A stretch of DNA of 64,000 bases from Actinomycetes bacterium (GTDB lineage Bacteria; Actinomycetota; Thermoleophilia; Solirubrobacterales; Solirubrobacteraceae). Of this stretch, positions 8,896-16,283 are shown in pieces (position 1 is the first letter of the stretch; every line of letters starts with the position of its first letter). A model generated the notes under the pieces. The model was not told where the DNA came from. It saw nothing but the letters and a program-made list of their open reading frames with translations, and did no database searches. The DNA is taken from the NCBI GenBank assembly GCA_023404805.1, contig JAEYAL010000156.1, positions 6,298-70,297 on the forward strand, read 5' to 3'. Both the position numbers and the translations under genes were made by a program.

Positions 8896-10871
8896 AGCGT
8901 CCTGAACTCCACGTCGACCCGCGCTACGCGTTCACCCGGCTGGGCGGCATCGCCTGGGCTGGACTTGCCACGACGATCTACGCCACGATCGGCGTCGTCA
9001 CCGACAGCGCTGCCGGGCTGGCGCCGGTCGCGATGTTCATCGTCGCGGTGTTCGTCGCGCTGACGGCGCTCAGCTACACCGAGCTGACCGGCCTGCGCGA
9101 TGCGCAGGGCAAACGCCTCACCGAAATGCCTGGCGCCAGCGGCTTCGCGCGGCTCGCGTTCGACGAGGTGACCAGCTTCGTCGCCGCGTGGGCGGTCGTC
9201 CTCGACCTGCTGCTCCTCACCGCGATCGGCGCAGAGGCGTTCTCCGGCTACGTGCTGGCCGTCGTGCCGTCGCTGTCCGACGAAGCTGCCTTGATGACGC
9301 TCCTCGGCGTCGGCGCGATCGTGGTCGTCGGCGCGCGCAACGCCCGCGGGCCGAACCTCGCGAAGGGCATCGGGATCCGCCTGTTGCTCGCTGCCGATGC
9401 GGTCGTCTTGGCGTTCGTCGGCGGCGCGCTGCTCATCGAGGCGATCACCGAGGGGCTGCCGCTCATCGAGGTCACCGCGGGCGTGAGCGTCCGCGATGTG
9501 GTCTTCGCGGCGACGATCGGCGTCGTCGCCGTGACGGGCTTCGAGACCGCTGCGACGCTGGCTGGCGAGACGACCCTGCCACGGGCCAAACGCGCGCGGT
9601 TCCTGCTCGCGCTCGGCACCGGCACCATGCTGTCGCTCGTGCTGGCTGGCGCGCTGGCGGGCGCGCACCGGGAGACGTTCCAGGACCCGAACCACCTCGC
9701 GGCCCCGGTCGCGTGGCTCGCGGCTGTCCTCGAACCCGAGTGGCTGTCGGACACCGCCCGCGTGGTGGTCGCGATCCTGGCGGCGACGACCTTGGCTGTG
9801 GGCACCAACGGCGCGATGCTCGGCGTCGCGCGTCTGTCCTCGACCCTCGCCACGACGCGCCAGATCCCCTCGCGCGTCGGCCGCCTCAGCCCGAAGTACG
9901 GCACGCCGACGACCGTGATCACGCTCGTGGTGGTGTTCACGTCGCTGCTCGTGATCATGCTCGACCTCGAGACGCTGATCGGGCTCTACGCGTACGGCGC
10001 GCTCCTCGCGCTGACGATCCTGCACGCGTCGGTGCTGCGGCTGCGCTTCACCCAGCCCGCGGCGCAGCGCCGCTACCGGATCGGGCTCAACGTCCCGGTG
10101 GGCCGAGGAAGCGTGCCGCTCCCGGCGCTGCTGGCGCTCGTGATGGCGGTCGCGGGCTGGATCGCCGTCCTGATCCTGCACGACCTCTCGGGCTTCGTCG
10201 GCACGCTCTGGATGATCGGCGGCGTCTTCCTCTACGTGGTCCACCGCCGGGTCTCGAACCTGCCGATGCGCCGGGTCGTGGTCGTCCCCAAGACCGTCTT
10301 GTCGCGCGACACCGAGCACGGCGAGTTCGGATCGATCCTGGTGCCGCTGTTCGGCCGCGCGCTCGACGACGACATCGTGCAGACCGCCGGACGGCTGGCG
10401 CGCGACCGCGCGCTCGATGTCGAAGACAGCGGCGGCGCGCAGATCGAGGCGATCTGGGTGTTCGAGATCCCAATGTCGCTGGCGCTCGCCTCGGCGGTGT
10501 CCGATGAGAAGCTCAAACGCGCTCGCGCGTCGCTGGCGCGGGCCAAGGCCGTGGGGGAGGAGTACGAGGGCGTGGCCGTCGCGACCGCCACAGTGCGCGC
10601 CCGGCGTGCTGGCCAGGGCATCGTCGACGAAGCCAAACGCCGTGGCGTCGAGGTGATCGTCATGGCCGCCGAGGATCCCTCGCGGGTGCGCGGCGGCTCG
10701 ACGCTCGGCGGAGTGGGCGACTTCGCCGGCCGGGCGATCGGCCCGACGACGGCCTACGTGATGACGCACGCCCCGTGCCGCGTGCTTCTGACGGCCCCGC
10801 CGATCGGCGACCGCAGCATCTCCGCGCTCGACGTCGAGCCGGTCGCGGGCGACGGCGCGTCGCCGGTCTAG
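8892..10871 (+). CDS. APC-family permease fused to a C-terminal USP domain (paralog of 6701..8641)
   Basis: The in-frame GTG at 8892 gives VKRPELHVDPRYAFTRLGG.... The protein has multiple TM helices and ends in a USP-like domain (SILVPLFG...GIVDEAKRRGVEVIVMAA...VMTHAPCRVLL). Confidence 0.8.
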   Translation: MKRPELHVDPRYAFTRLGGIAWAGLATTIYATIGVVTDSAAGLAPVAMFIVAVFVALTALSYTELTGLRDAQGKRLTEMPGASGFARLAFDEVTSFVAAWAVVLDLLLLTAIGAEAFSGYVLAVVPSLSDEAALMTLLGVGAIVVVGARNARGPNLAKGIGIRLLLAADAVVLAFVGGALLIEAITEGLPLIEVTAGVSVRDVVFAATIGVVAVTGFETAATLAGETTLPRAKRARFLLALGTGTMLSLVLAGALAGAHRETFQDPNHLAAPVAWLAAVLEPEWLSDTARVVVAILAATTLAVGTNGAMLGVARLSSTLATTRQIPSRVGRLSPKYGTPTTVITLVVVFTSLLVIMLDLETLIGLYAYGALLALTILHASVLRLRFTQPAAQRRYRIGLNVPVGRGSVPLPALLALVMAVAGWIAVLILHDLSGFVGTLWMIGGVFLYVVHRRVSNLPMRRVVVVPKTVLSRDTEHGEFGSILVPLFGRALDDDIVQTAGRLARDRALDVEDSGGAQIEAIWVFEIPMSLALASAVSDEKLKRARASLARAKAVGEEYEGVAVATATVRARRAGQGIVDEAKRRGVEVIVMAAEDPSRVRGGSTLGGVGDFAGRAIGPTTAYVMTHAPCRVLLTAPPIGDRSISALDVEPVAGDGASPV

Positions 10872-10904
10872 CCGCGCTGCGGGACCGTGGCAGAGCGGGC
10901 GGCG

Positions 10905-11618
10905 CTAGGCGCCGCCGCCGTCCCAGTCGTCGCCCGCGTCGTTGCCGCTGCGGCCGCGGCGCGTGAGGGCGAGTCCGAGCAGTCCGGCGATCAGCACCAC
11001 CGCGATGCTCGGCAGGACCCACGCCGGGGCGCCGTCGTCCTCGCCTGAGATGTCTTCGACTGGGACCTCGGTCGCCGTCGCCGGCTTGGCGCTGGCCTCG
11101 GGCGATTCGACGCGCGGCTGCGGTGGGGTCGTCGCGGGGGTGTCCGCCGCGCCCGGCGTCGTGGGAGCCGCTGGCTTGCTCGGCTGCGCCGTCTCGGGGC
11201 CCGGCGGATTGCTCGCGGCGTTGGTCACGCGGAGCCGCTTGCCGGTGTTGAGGGTGACGATCGCGGTCACGTCCCAGGTGCGCCAGTCGCCGCGGCCCGC
11301 GAGGGCGACATCGGCGTGGTGCGTGCCGCCCGCGTCCCGGTCGGCTTCGACGCGGAACGTCTCAGCGTGCTCAGGCCTCACGTAGTAGACGACCTTCGAG
11401 CCCTCGCCGGTGCCTGGGCCGCCGAGGATCGTCGACACGTCGGCCGCTGGTTTGCCGCCGCCGGTGGCCGAGTCGGTGCCCTGTACGACGATCGTGACGC
11501 CCTTGCCGCCGCCTTCGGCGAGGGTGGCGCCGCCGTGGCCCAACGCCGCCGCAGGGGCCAGCCCCGTCGCCACGGCGCACGCGAGCGCCGCCAGAGTCCT
11601 GGTCGTCCGGTCCAGCAT
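10905..11618 (-). CDS. secreted, C-terminally membrane-anchored hypothetical protein
   Basis: It has a signal-like N-terminus (MLDRTTRTLAALACAVATGLAPAAALG), a ~110-aa globular part, a Pro/Thr/Ala linker, a TM helix (WVLPSIAVVLIAGLLGLAL) and a basic tail. An alternative start lies at 11657. Confidence 0.6.
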   Translation of the reverse strand: MLDRTTRTLAALACAVATGLAPAAALGHGGATLAEGGGKGVTIVVQGTDSATGGGKPAADVSTILGGPGTGEGSKVVYYVRPEHAETFRVEADRDAGGTHHADVALAGRGDWRTWDVTAIVTLNTGKRLRVTNAASNPPGPETAQPSKPAAPTTPGAADTPATTPPQPRVESPEASAKPATATEVPVEDISGEDDGAPAWVLPSIAVVLIAGLLGLALTRRGRSGNDAGDDWDGGGA

Positions 11619-11798
11619 GGGAGGGAGTCTGCCGTGCGGCGCTGCGCCGCGCGCCACCGTTGCCGACCCGCTGTGTGCGCCGTGTCACCCCGTGCGGCGC
11701 TTGGCCACGGCAGCGTTGCGGTCCCCCAGCCACCGCGTGCCGCTGCGCTGCGAGCGCCGCGGCGCGCGCCACCCCGTCCAGGAGTAGATTCTCCGCCT

Positions 11799-12221
11799 AT
11801 GTTCGTGCTCGTCCTTGGTGCCGGCCGCGTCGGTGAACGCGTCGCCCGGTTCGCGATGTCCCAGGGCCATACCGTCTCGGTGCTCGACGAGGACCCGCTC
11901 GCCCTCGACCGGCTCGACGCCGCAGTCGAAGACGGCTGGGAGTCCGCCGGCGGCCGGTTCTCGGTCGGGACCGCCCTGGAGGCCGCCGCGCTGGAAGCCG
12001 CCGGCATCGCCGAGGCCGACCTCTTCATCGCGTCGACCAACGGCGACAACACGAACATCGTCATGGCGCAGATCGCCAAGGAGCGCTACGGCGTCGAGAA
12101 GGTCCTGTGCCGCGTCGCCGACCCGGCCCGCGCCGAGTGGTACGAGTCGCAGGGCCTGAACGTGATCTGCGGCACCCGCATCGCGATCAGCCTGTTCGAG
12201 AACGAACTCCGCGCCAACTAG
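11799..12221 (+). CDS. trkA: TrkA-N (RCK, NAD-binding) potassium transport regulatory protein
   Basis: The internal ATG at 11799 gives MFVLVLGAGRVGERVA... (GxGxxG Rossmann motif), a 140-aa protein. Confidence 0.8.
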   Translation: MFVLVLGAGRVGERVARFAMSQGHTVSVLDEDPLALDRLDAAVEDGWESAGGRFSVGTALEAAALEAAGIAEADLFIASTNGDNTNIVMAQIAKERYGVEKVLCRVADPARAEWYESQGLNVICGTRIAISLFENELRAN

Positions 12222-12233
12222 GAGACCTGGCCC

Positions 12234-12905
12234 ATGTTCATGGTCATCGCCGGCGGCGGCAAAGTCGGACTCAACCTTGCGCGCGAGCTCCTCGAGAAGG
12301 GGCACGAGCTGTCGCTGATCGAGCAGTGGCGCCCGCGCTACATCCGCCTGGAGCGCGAGCTCGAGCACGTCGCCCAGTACGGTGACGCGACGGAGCTGTG
12401 GGTCCTGGAGCGCGCGGGCATCGCCCGCGCCGACATGGTCATCGCCGTCACGGGCGACGACGAGGACAACATCCTCATCTGCCAGGTCGCCAAGCAGAAG
12501 TACGGCGTTGAGCGGATCATCGCCCGCTGCAACAACCCGCGGAATCTCGCGCACTTCAAGCTGCTGGGCATCGAGCCGGCCGTCTCTGCGACCGACCTGA
12601 TCCTCAACCTGATCGAGCACTCGCTGCCGGGCCATGGCCTGGTGCGCCTGCTCGACCTCTCCGGCGACCAGCTGGAGATCATCGAAGTCGAGGTGCACAG
12701 CGGCGCCCCGGCTGATGGCAAGAGCGTGGCCGAGGTGGAGCTGCCCGAAGGGTCGCGCATCATCTCGCTGCTGCCACGCGACGCAGTGGGCTTCGTGCCG
12801 ACGGACAGCTCGCTCGTCCGCGCCGGCGACGAGGTCCTCGTGATCCTCGACCCGGGCCTCGAGGATGCCGTGATGGCCCAGTTCACCATCGATCGCCGAA
12901 AGTAG
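12234..12905 (+). CDS. trkA: TrkA-N plus TrkA-C potassium transport regulatory protein
   Basis: MFMVIAGGGKVGLNLARELL is the N-terminal Rossmann motif. The C-terminal part is an RCK_C-like domain (LEIIEVEVHSGAPADGKSVAEVELPEG). Confidence 0.85.
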   Translation: MFMVIAGGGKVGLNLARELLEKGHELSLIEQWRPRYIRLERELEHVAQYGDATELWVLERAGIARADMVIAVTGDDEDNILICQVAKQKYGVERIIARCNNPRNLAHFKLLGIEPAVSATDLILNLIEHSLPGHGLVRLLDLSGDQLEIIEVEVHSGAPADGKSVAEVELPEGSRIISLLPRDAVGFVPTDSSLVRAGDEVLVILDPGLEDAVMAQFTIDRRK

Positions 12906-12912
12906 TCCCACC

Positions 12913-14154
12913 ATGGCCGATCTCCACGCAGGCGTCCTGATCATCGGGGCGGGGGTCGCTGGCGCGTCCACCGCCAAGGAGCTGCGGAAGGTCGGCTACG
13001 CGGGTTCGATCCTGCTGCTCGGCCGCGAGCTCGACGCGCCGTACGAGCGCCCGCCGGCGACGAAGGAGTACCTGGCCGGGAAGATCGCCCGCGAGGACGC
13101 GACGTGGCTGTCGGAGCAGTGGTGCGAGGAGAACGACGTCGAGCTGCGGCTCCGCACAAGCGTCCTCAAGCTCGACACGGCTGAGAAGACCGCCAAGCTG
13201 CAGGGCGGCGACATCGTCTCGTACGACCACGCCGTGGTGGCGACCGGCGCCAACGTGCGCCGCCTGCGGATCGACGGCACCGACCTCGAGGGTCTGCACT
13301 ACATCCGCGCGCTGCGCAACGCCGACACCATCCGCGCCGAGCTCGAGCAGGTCCAGCAGGCCGCGACGGTCGGCGGCAGCTACATCGGCTGCGAGGTCGC
13401 CGCGACGCTGACGACCCACGGGATCAGCGTCACGGTGATCATGCAGGAGGACCACCCGATGCAGGTGGGCTTCGGCGAGACCGCTGGCAAGTACGTCCGC
13501 AGCGTGCTCGAGGCCAACGGCGTCACCGTGCTCGGCGGCAAAGAGGTCGAGAAGCTCGAGGGCGACGATGAGCGCGTCGAGAAGGTCTTCTGCGCCGACG
13601 GCACTGTCGTCGATGCCCAGCTCGTGGTCCTCGGCGTCGGCGCCGTGCCGGACGTCATGACCGCCAAGGGCGCCGGCCTGGAGCTCGGCGAGCGCGGCGG
13701 CGTCCTCGTCGATGCGCAGCTGCGCACCGCGGCCGACAACGTCTGGGCCGCCGGCGACTGCGCTGAGTTCGAGAGCGTCCTGTTTGGCGGCCACCGCCGC
13801 ATCGAGCACCAGGACGTCGCCATCGAGCAGGGCAAGACCGTCGCGCGCAACATCAACGGCGTCGGCGAGGACTTCACCTTCGTCCCGTACTTCTGGAGCG
13901 ACCTCGCCGACTGGCTCTCGCTCGAGTACGTCGGCAACGCCTCCACCGGCTGGGACGACGAGATCATCCGCGGCTCGGTCGACGACGGCGAGTTCTCCGT
14001 CTGGTACGCCAAAGACGGCATCCTCGTGGCCGCGCTCAGCATCGGCCGCGGCGAGGACCTCATGGACGCGCGCCGCCTGATCGCCGCCAAGACGCCCGTC
14101 GACGGCCTGCGCGACGCGCTGGCTGACGCCGACGCGGATCTCGCGGCGCTCTAA
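12913..14154 (+). CDS. FAD-dependent pyridine nucleotide-disulfide oxidoreductase (ferredoxin/rubredoxin reductase-like)
   Basis: VLIIGAGVAGAS is the FAD GxGxxG motif. A second Rossmann motif (VGGSYIGCEVAA) and VWAAGDCA are also present. Confidence 0.85.
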   Translation: MADLHAGVLIIGAGVAGASTAKELRKVGYAGSILLLGRELDAPYERPPATKEYLAGKIAREDATWLSEQWCEENDVELRLRTSVLKLDTAEKTAKLQGGDIVSYDHAVVATGANVRRLRIDGTDLEGLHYIRALRNADTIRAELEQVQQAATVGGSYIGCEVAATLTTHGISVTVIMQEDHPMQVGFGETAGKYVRSVLEANGVTVLGGKEVEKLEGDDERVEKVFCADGTVVDAQLVVLGVGAVPDVMTAKGAGLELGERGGVLVDAQLRTAADNVWAAGDCAEFESVLFGGHRRIEHQDVAIEQGKTVARNINGVGEDFTFVPYFWSDLADWLSLEYVGNASTGWDDEIIRGSVDDGEFSVWYAKDGILVAALSIGRGEDLMDARRLIAAKTPVDGLRDALADADADLAAL

Positions 14155-14203
14155 GCCGACGCGGCGAGCCAGGGCCCGCGCGGCGCGGATCGCGCAACGC
14201 GGC

Positions 14204-14230
14204 CTGCAAGTTCGCCGTATCGGCGACATC
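14204..14230 (+). promoter_or_regulatory. candidate promoter/operator element upstream of tRNA-Gln
   Basis: CTGCAAGTTCGCCGTATCGGCGACATC contains the inverted repeat CGCCG-tat-CGGCG. It lies 67-93 nt upstream of the tRNA and resembles the core of the 15330..15451 repeat. Confidence 0.3.
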
Positions 14231-14296
14231 TGGCCGCTCGGCGCGACACCTTTGGCCGACTCTCGCTACTCTCTACGAGCGCCTGAACTGGCCCCT

Positions 14297-14368
14297 TGGG
14301 GATTGGTGTAATTGGCAACACAGCGGATTCTGGTTCCGTCGTTCTAGGTTCGAGTCCTAGATCCCCAG
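14297..14368 (+). tRNA. tRNA-Gln (anticodon CTG)
   Basis: A manual cloverleaf fits. The acceptor stem is TGGGGAT/ATCCCCA and the D stem is GTGT/ACAC. The anticodon stem is GCGGA/TCCGT with loop TTCTGGT. The T arm is CTAGG-TTCGAGT-CCTAG and the discriminator is G. CCA is not encoded. Confidence 0.9.
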
Positions 14369-14373
14369 CTCTC

Positions 14374-14400
14374 GAAAGGCCCCGCACCGCGGGGCCTTTC
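14374..14400 (+). terminator. stem-loop immediately after tRNA-Gln
   Basis: GAAAGGCCCCG-CACCG-CGGGGCCTTTC forms an 11-bp stem with a 5-nt loop. It is followed by GCGTTCT. Confidence 0.6.
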
Positions 14401-14598
14401 GCGTTCTAGGGTCGCTGCTTCATGTTCGACGCCAGCGAAGGCCGACAACGACGAGGGCCCCGCTTGCGCGAGGCCCTCGTGGTGTTGGTGATGAGATGCC
14501 GGGCCTTGCGGCGCGGCCAGCAGGTTGGTTGGGCGCCGGCGGCGCGCAGGATGCTGTCCCGTCGTCCTGCGCTGCCGCCGTGCCCGTTGGTTTGGTGG

Positions 14599-15189
14599 CT
14601 AGGAAGCCGCCGGCACGCAGAAGACGTAGACCGACGGGCGGATGCCGGTCGTCACGCCGCCTGCGGGGTTGGCGACCGTCAGGCGCCAGCCGGTGAAGCC
14701 CGTGCCCTCGGCCGGGGGCTCGGTGTTGTCGGCGCTGGTCACCGGACGCGAAGAACCGACGATGGTGGCCTCCGAGTTGTTGGCGTCGCCGCGGCCGCCG
14801 CCGCCGATCGCCTGCTCGCCGGCGGCGCAGAACACGGTGTAGGACTGCTTGTTGCCGTCGGCGAGGTCGACGTCGGCGTTGACCGCGCGGCTGATGACGG
14901 CGCCGAAGCCGCCCTTGTCGCCCTTGTCACCCTTGTCGCCCTTCGGGCCCGCCGGAATCTGGCCGGGCTTGAAGTCGGCGGTGGTGAGCGAGCCGTTCTT
15001 CACGTCGGAGCTGGTGACGGCCGCCGAAGCGATGTCCGAGCCCTTAACGGCGTTGCTCTTGATCTGCTGGCTGCCGACGCTGTTGTTCGGCAGCGTGATC
15101 GCGGCGTAGCTGGTTCCGCCGAGCGCGACCATCAGCGCGGTGGCTGACATCACGTTCGCGACGGAGAAGTTCTTTTTGATGAGTCCCAT
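14599..15189 (-). CDS. secreted repeat protein with 10-residue repeats and a short Gly-X-Y tract (paralog family with 58233..58871)
   Basis: The start is MGLIKKNF (ATG at 15189). The signal-like segment ends in GGTSYAA. Repeats follow (NSVGSQQIKS NAVKGSDIAS AAVTSSDVKN GSLTTADFKP), then GPKGDKGDKGDKGG. The C-terminal domain has 2 Cys. Confidence 0.65.
   Translation of the reverse strand: MGLIKKNFSVANVMSATALMVALGGTSYAAITLPNNSVGSQQIKSNAVKGSDIASAAVTSSDVKNGSLTTADFKPGQIPAGPKGDKGDKGDKGGFGAVISRAVNADVDLADGNKQSYTVFCAAGEQAIGGGGRGDANNSEATIVGSSRPVTSADNTEPPAEGTGFTGWRLTVANPAGGVTTGIRPSVYVFCVPAAS
14911..14955 (-). repeat. 9-bp tandem repeat encoding the GPK-GDK-GDK-GDK collagen-like triplets
   Basis: The plus strand reads gcccttgtc gcccttgtc acccttgtc gcccttcgg gcccgccgg. 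Confidence 0.8.
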
Positions 15190-15329
15190 GGTGGTTTGTC
15201 CCTGTGGTGGCCGGAGCCGAGTCTTGGTGGTTTCAGCGCCCCCTCTGGCGCCGTGCATCCAATCTCCAGGAGGACAACCCCCGCGTCTGTTCCATCCGCG
15301 ACGCTCGTTGTGTCACCGATGCGACATAA

Positions 15330-15451
15330 GCGACGCCTCCGGCCCGCAGGTATGCGCCACTGCGGCGCAAACTTGCAACCCAGGCGCTGCGGCGACGCGC
15401 CTCCGGCTCGCACGTATGCGCCACTGCGGCGCAAACTTGCAACCCAGGCGC
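15330..15451. repeat. tandem duplication (2 copies, period about 62-64 bp) in the upstream region of 14599..15189
   Basis: Copy 1 spans 15330-15387 and copy 2 spans 15392-15451. The 38-nt core GTATGCGCCACTGCGGCGCAAACTTGCAACCCAGGCGC is identical at 15350-15387 and 15414-15451. Each core holds the palindrome TGCGCC-actgc-GGCGCA and, on the minus strand, TTGCAA. Confidence 0.9.
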
Positions 15452-15477
15452 GAGCGGCCCGACAGGGCCTCCCGCCG

Positions 15478-16233
15478 CTACACGCGCGGCACAGGCTGCA
15501 CGTGGCTCACGAGCTGCCCGTCGACGAGCGCGTGGATCACGAAGCCCGGCGGCTGCTCGGGAGCGACGTCGAGCGCGTCGCCGGCCAGGTCGAGGCGCAG
15601 CTGGAAGTTCACGCTGGGCGCCGTGACCACCGGGACGCGCCCGATCTGCGCCGACGCCGCCCGGTGCACGTGCCCGGTCACGATCTTCAGCACCTGGGGA
15701 TGCTCACCGAGCAGATCCTCGAGGGCGCCGCGTGTGGTTCCGGGCAGGCCGTAGCCGTCCATCTTGTCGAAGCCGATCCGCACGGGCGGATGGTGCATCG
15801 CGATCAGCGTGGGCGTCGTCGGCGCTTCGGCGAGCCGCGCGGCGACCCAGGCGACGTCGAGCTGGCCCTCGATGTGGTTCGGAATGAGCGTGTCGCAGAC
15901 GATCACGCGGATCGGCCCAGCCTGTACGGCGTACCTGATCTCCTCATCGCCCTCGCCCGGAGCGCCCAAGACCTCGCGCAGCGTGGCGCGGTCGTCGTGG
16001 TTGCCGGGCAACACGTGGACCGGCACATCGATCGCGGCGAGAAGGTCCGCCGCGACCTCGTAGGACTCCCGCACGCCGTTGTCGGCGATGTCGCCCGTGA
16101 GCAGGACCGCGACCGGACGCGGCTCGAGCTCGGTGACCGCCTTGATCGCGGCGGCGAACTGCGTCGCCCGCTGGGGCTCGTCGGTGCGCAGGTGCGAATC
16201 GCTCAGCTGGACGATCAACGTGTCGGCAGACAT
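15478..16233 (-). CDS. metallophosphoesterase, CpdA-like 3',5'-cyclic-nucleotide phosphodiesterase family
   Basis: DSH, GDIADNG, GNHD, MHHPP and GHVH motifs occur in the canonical order. Confidence 0.8.
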   Translation of the reverse strand: MSADTLIVQLSDSHLRTDEPQRATQFAAAIKAVTELEPRPVAVLLTGDIADNGVRESYEVAADLLAAIDVPVHVLPGNHDDRATLREVLGAPGEGDEEIRYAVQAGPIRVIVCDTLIPNHIEGQLDVAWVAARLAEAPTTPTLIAMHHPPVRIGFDKMDGYGLPGTTRGALEDLLGEHPQVLKIVTGHVHRAASAQIGRVPVVTAPSVNFQLRLDLAGDALDVAPEQPPGFVIHALVDGQLVSHVQPVPRV

Positions 16234-16283
16234 GCCGCGCAGCCTAGAACGCCGGGCTGACGGGTCCGGATCACCCAGTGGAC

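Noticed and set aside
11619-11798. Riboswitch or leader upstream of the trkA genes, such as a c-di-AMP riboswitch. Other long upstream regions were also examined (20569..20835, 28934..29058, 34409..34672).
   Set aside because: I could not recognise any riboswitch consensus by eye. Without Infernal/Rfam this would be invention.
14911-14955. Collagen-like triple-helix domain in 14599..15189.
   Set aside because: Only about five consecutive Gly-X-Y triplets (GPK GDK GDK GDK GGF) are present. That is too short to claim a collagen helix, so it is recorded only as a short repeat.
14297-15200. Possible genomic island or integrated element next to tRNA-Gln. The same was considered next to tRNA-Met at 53605..53678.
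   Set aside because: There is no integrase, recombinase, transposase or phage gene in the flanks. I found no direct repeat of the tRNA 3' end downstream.
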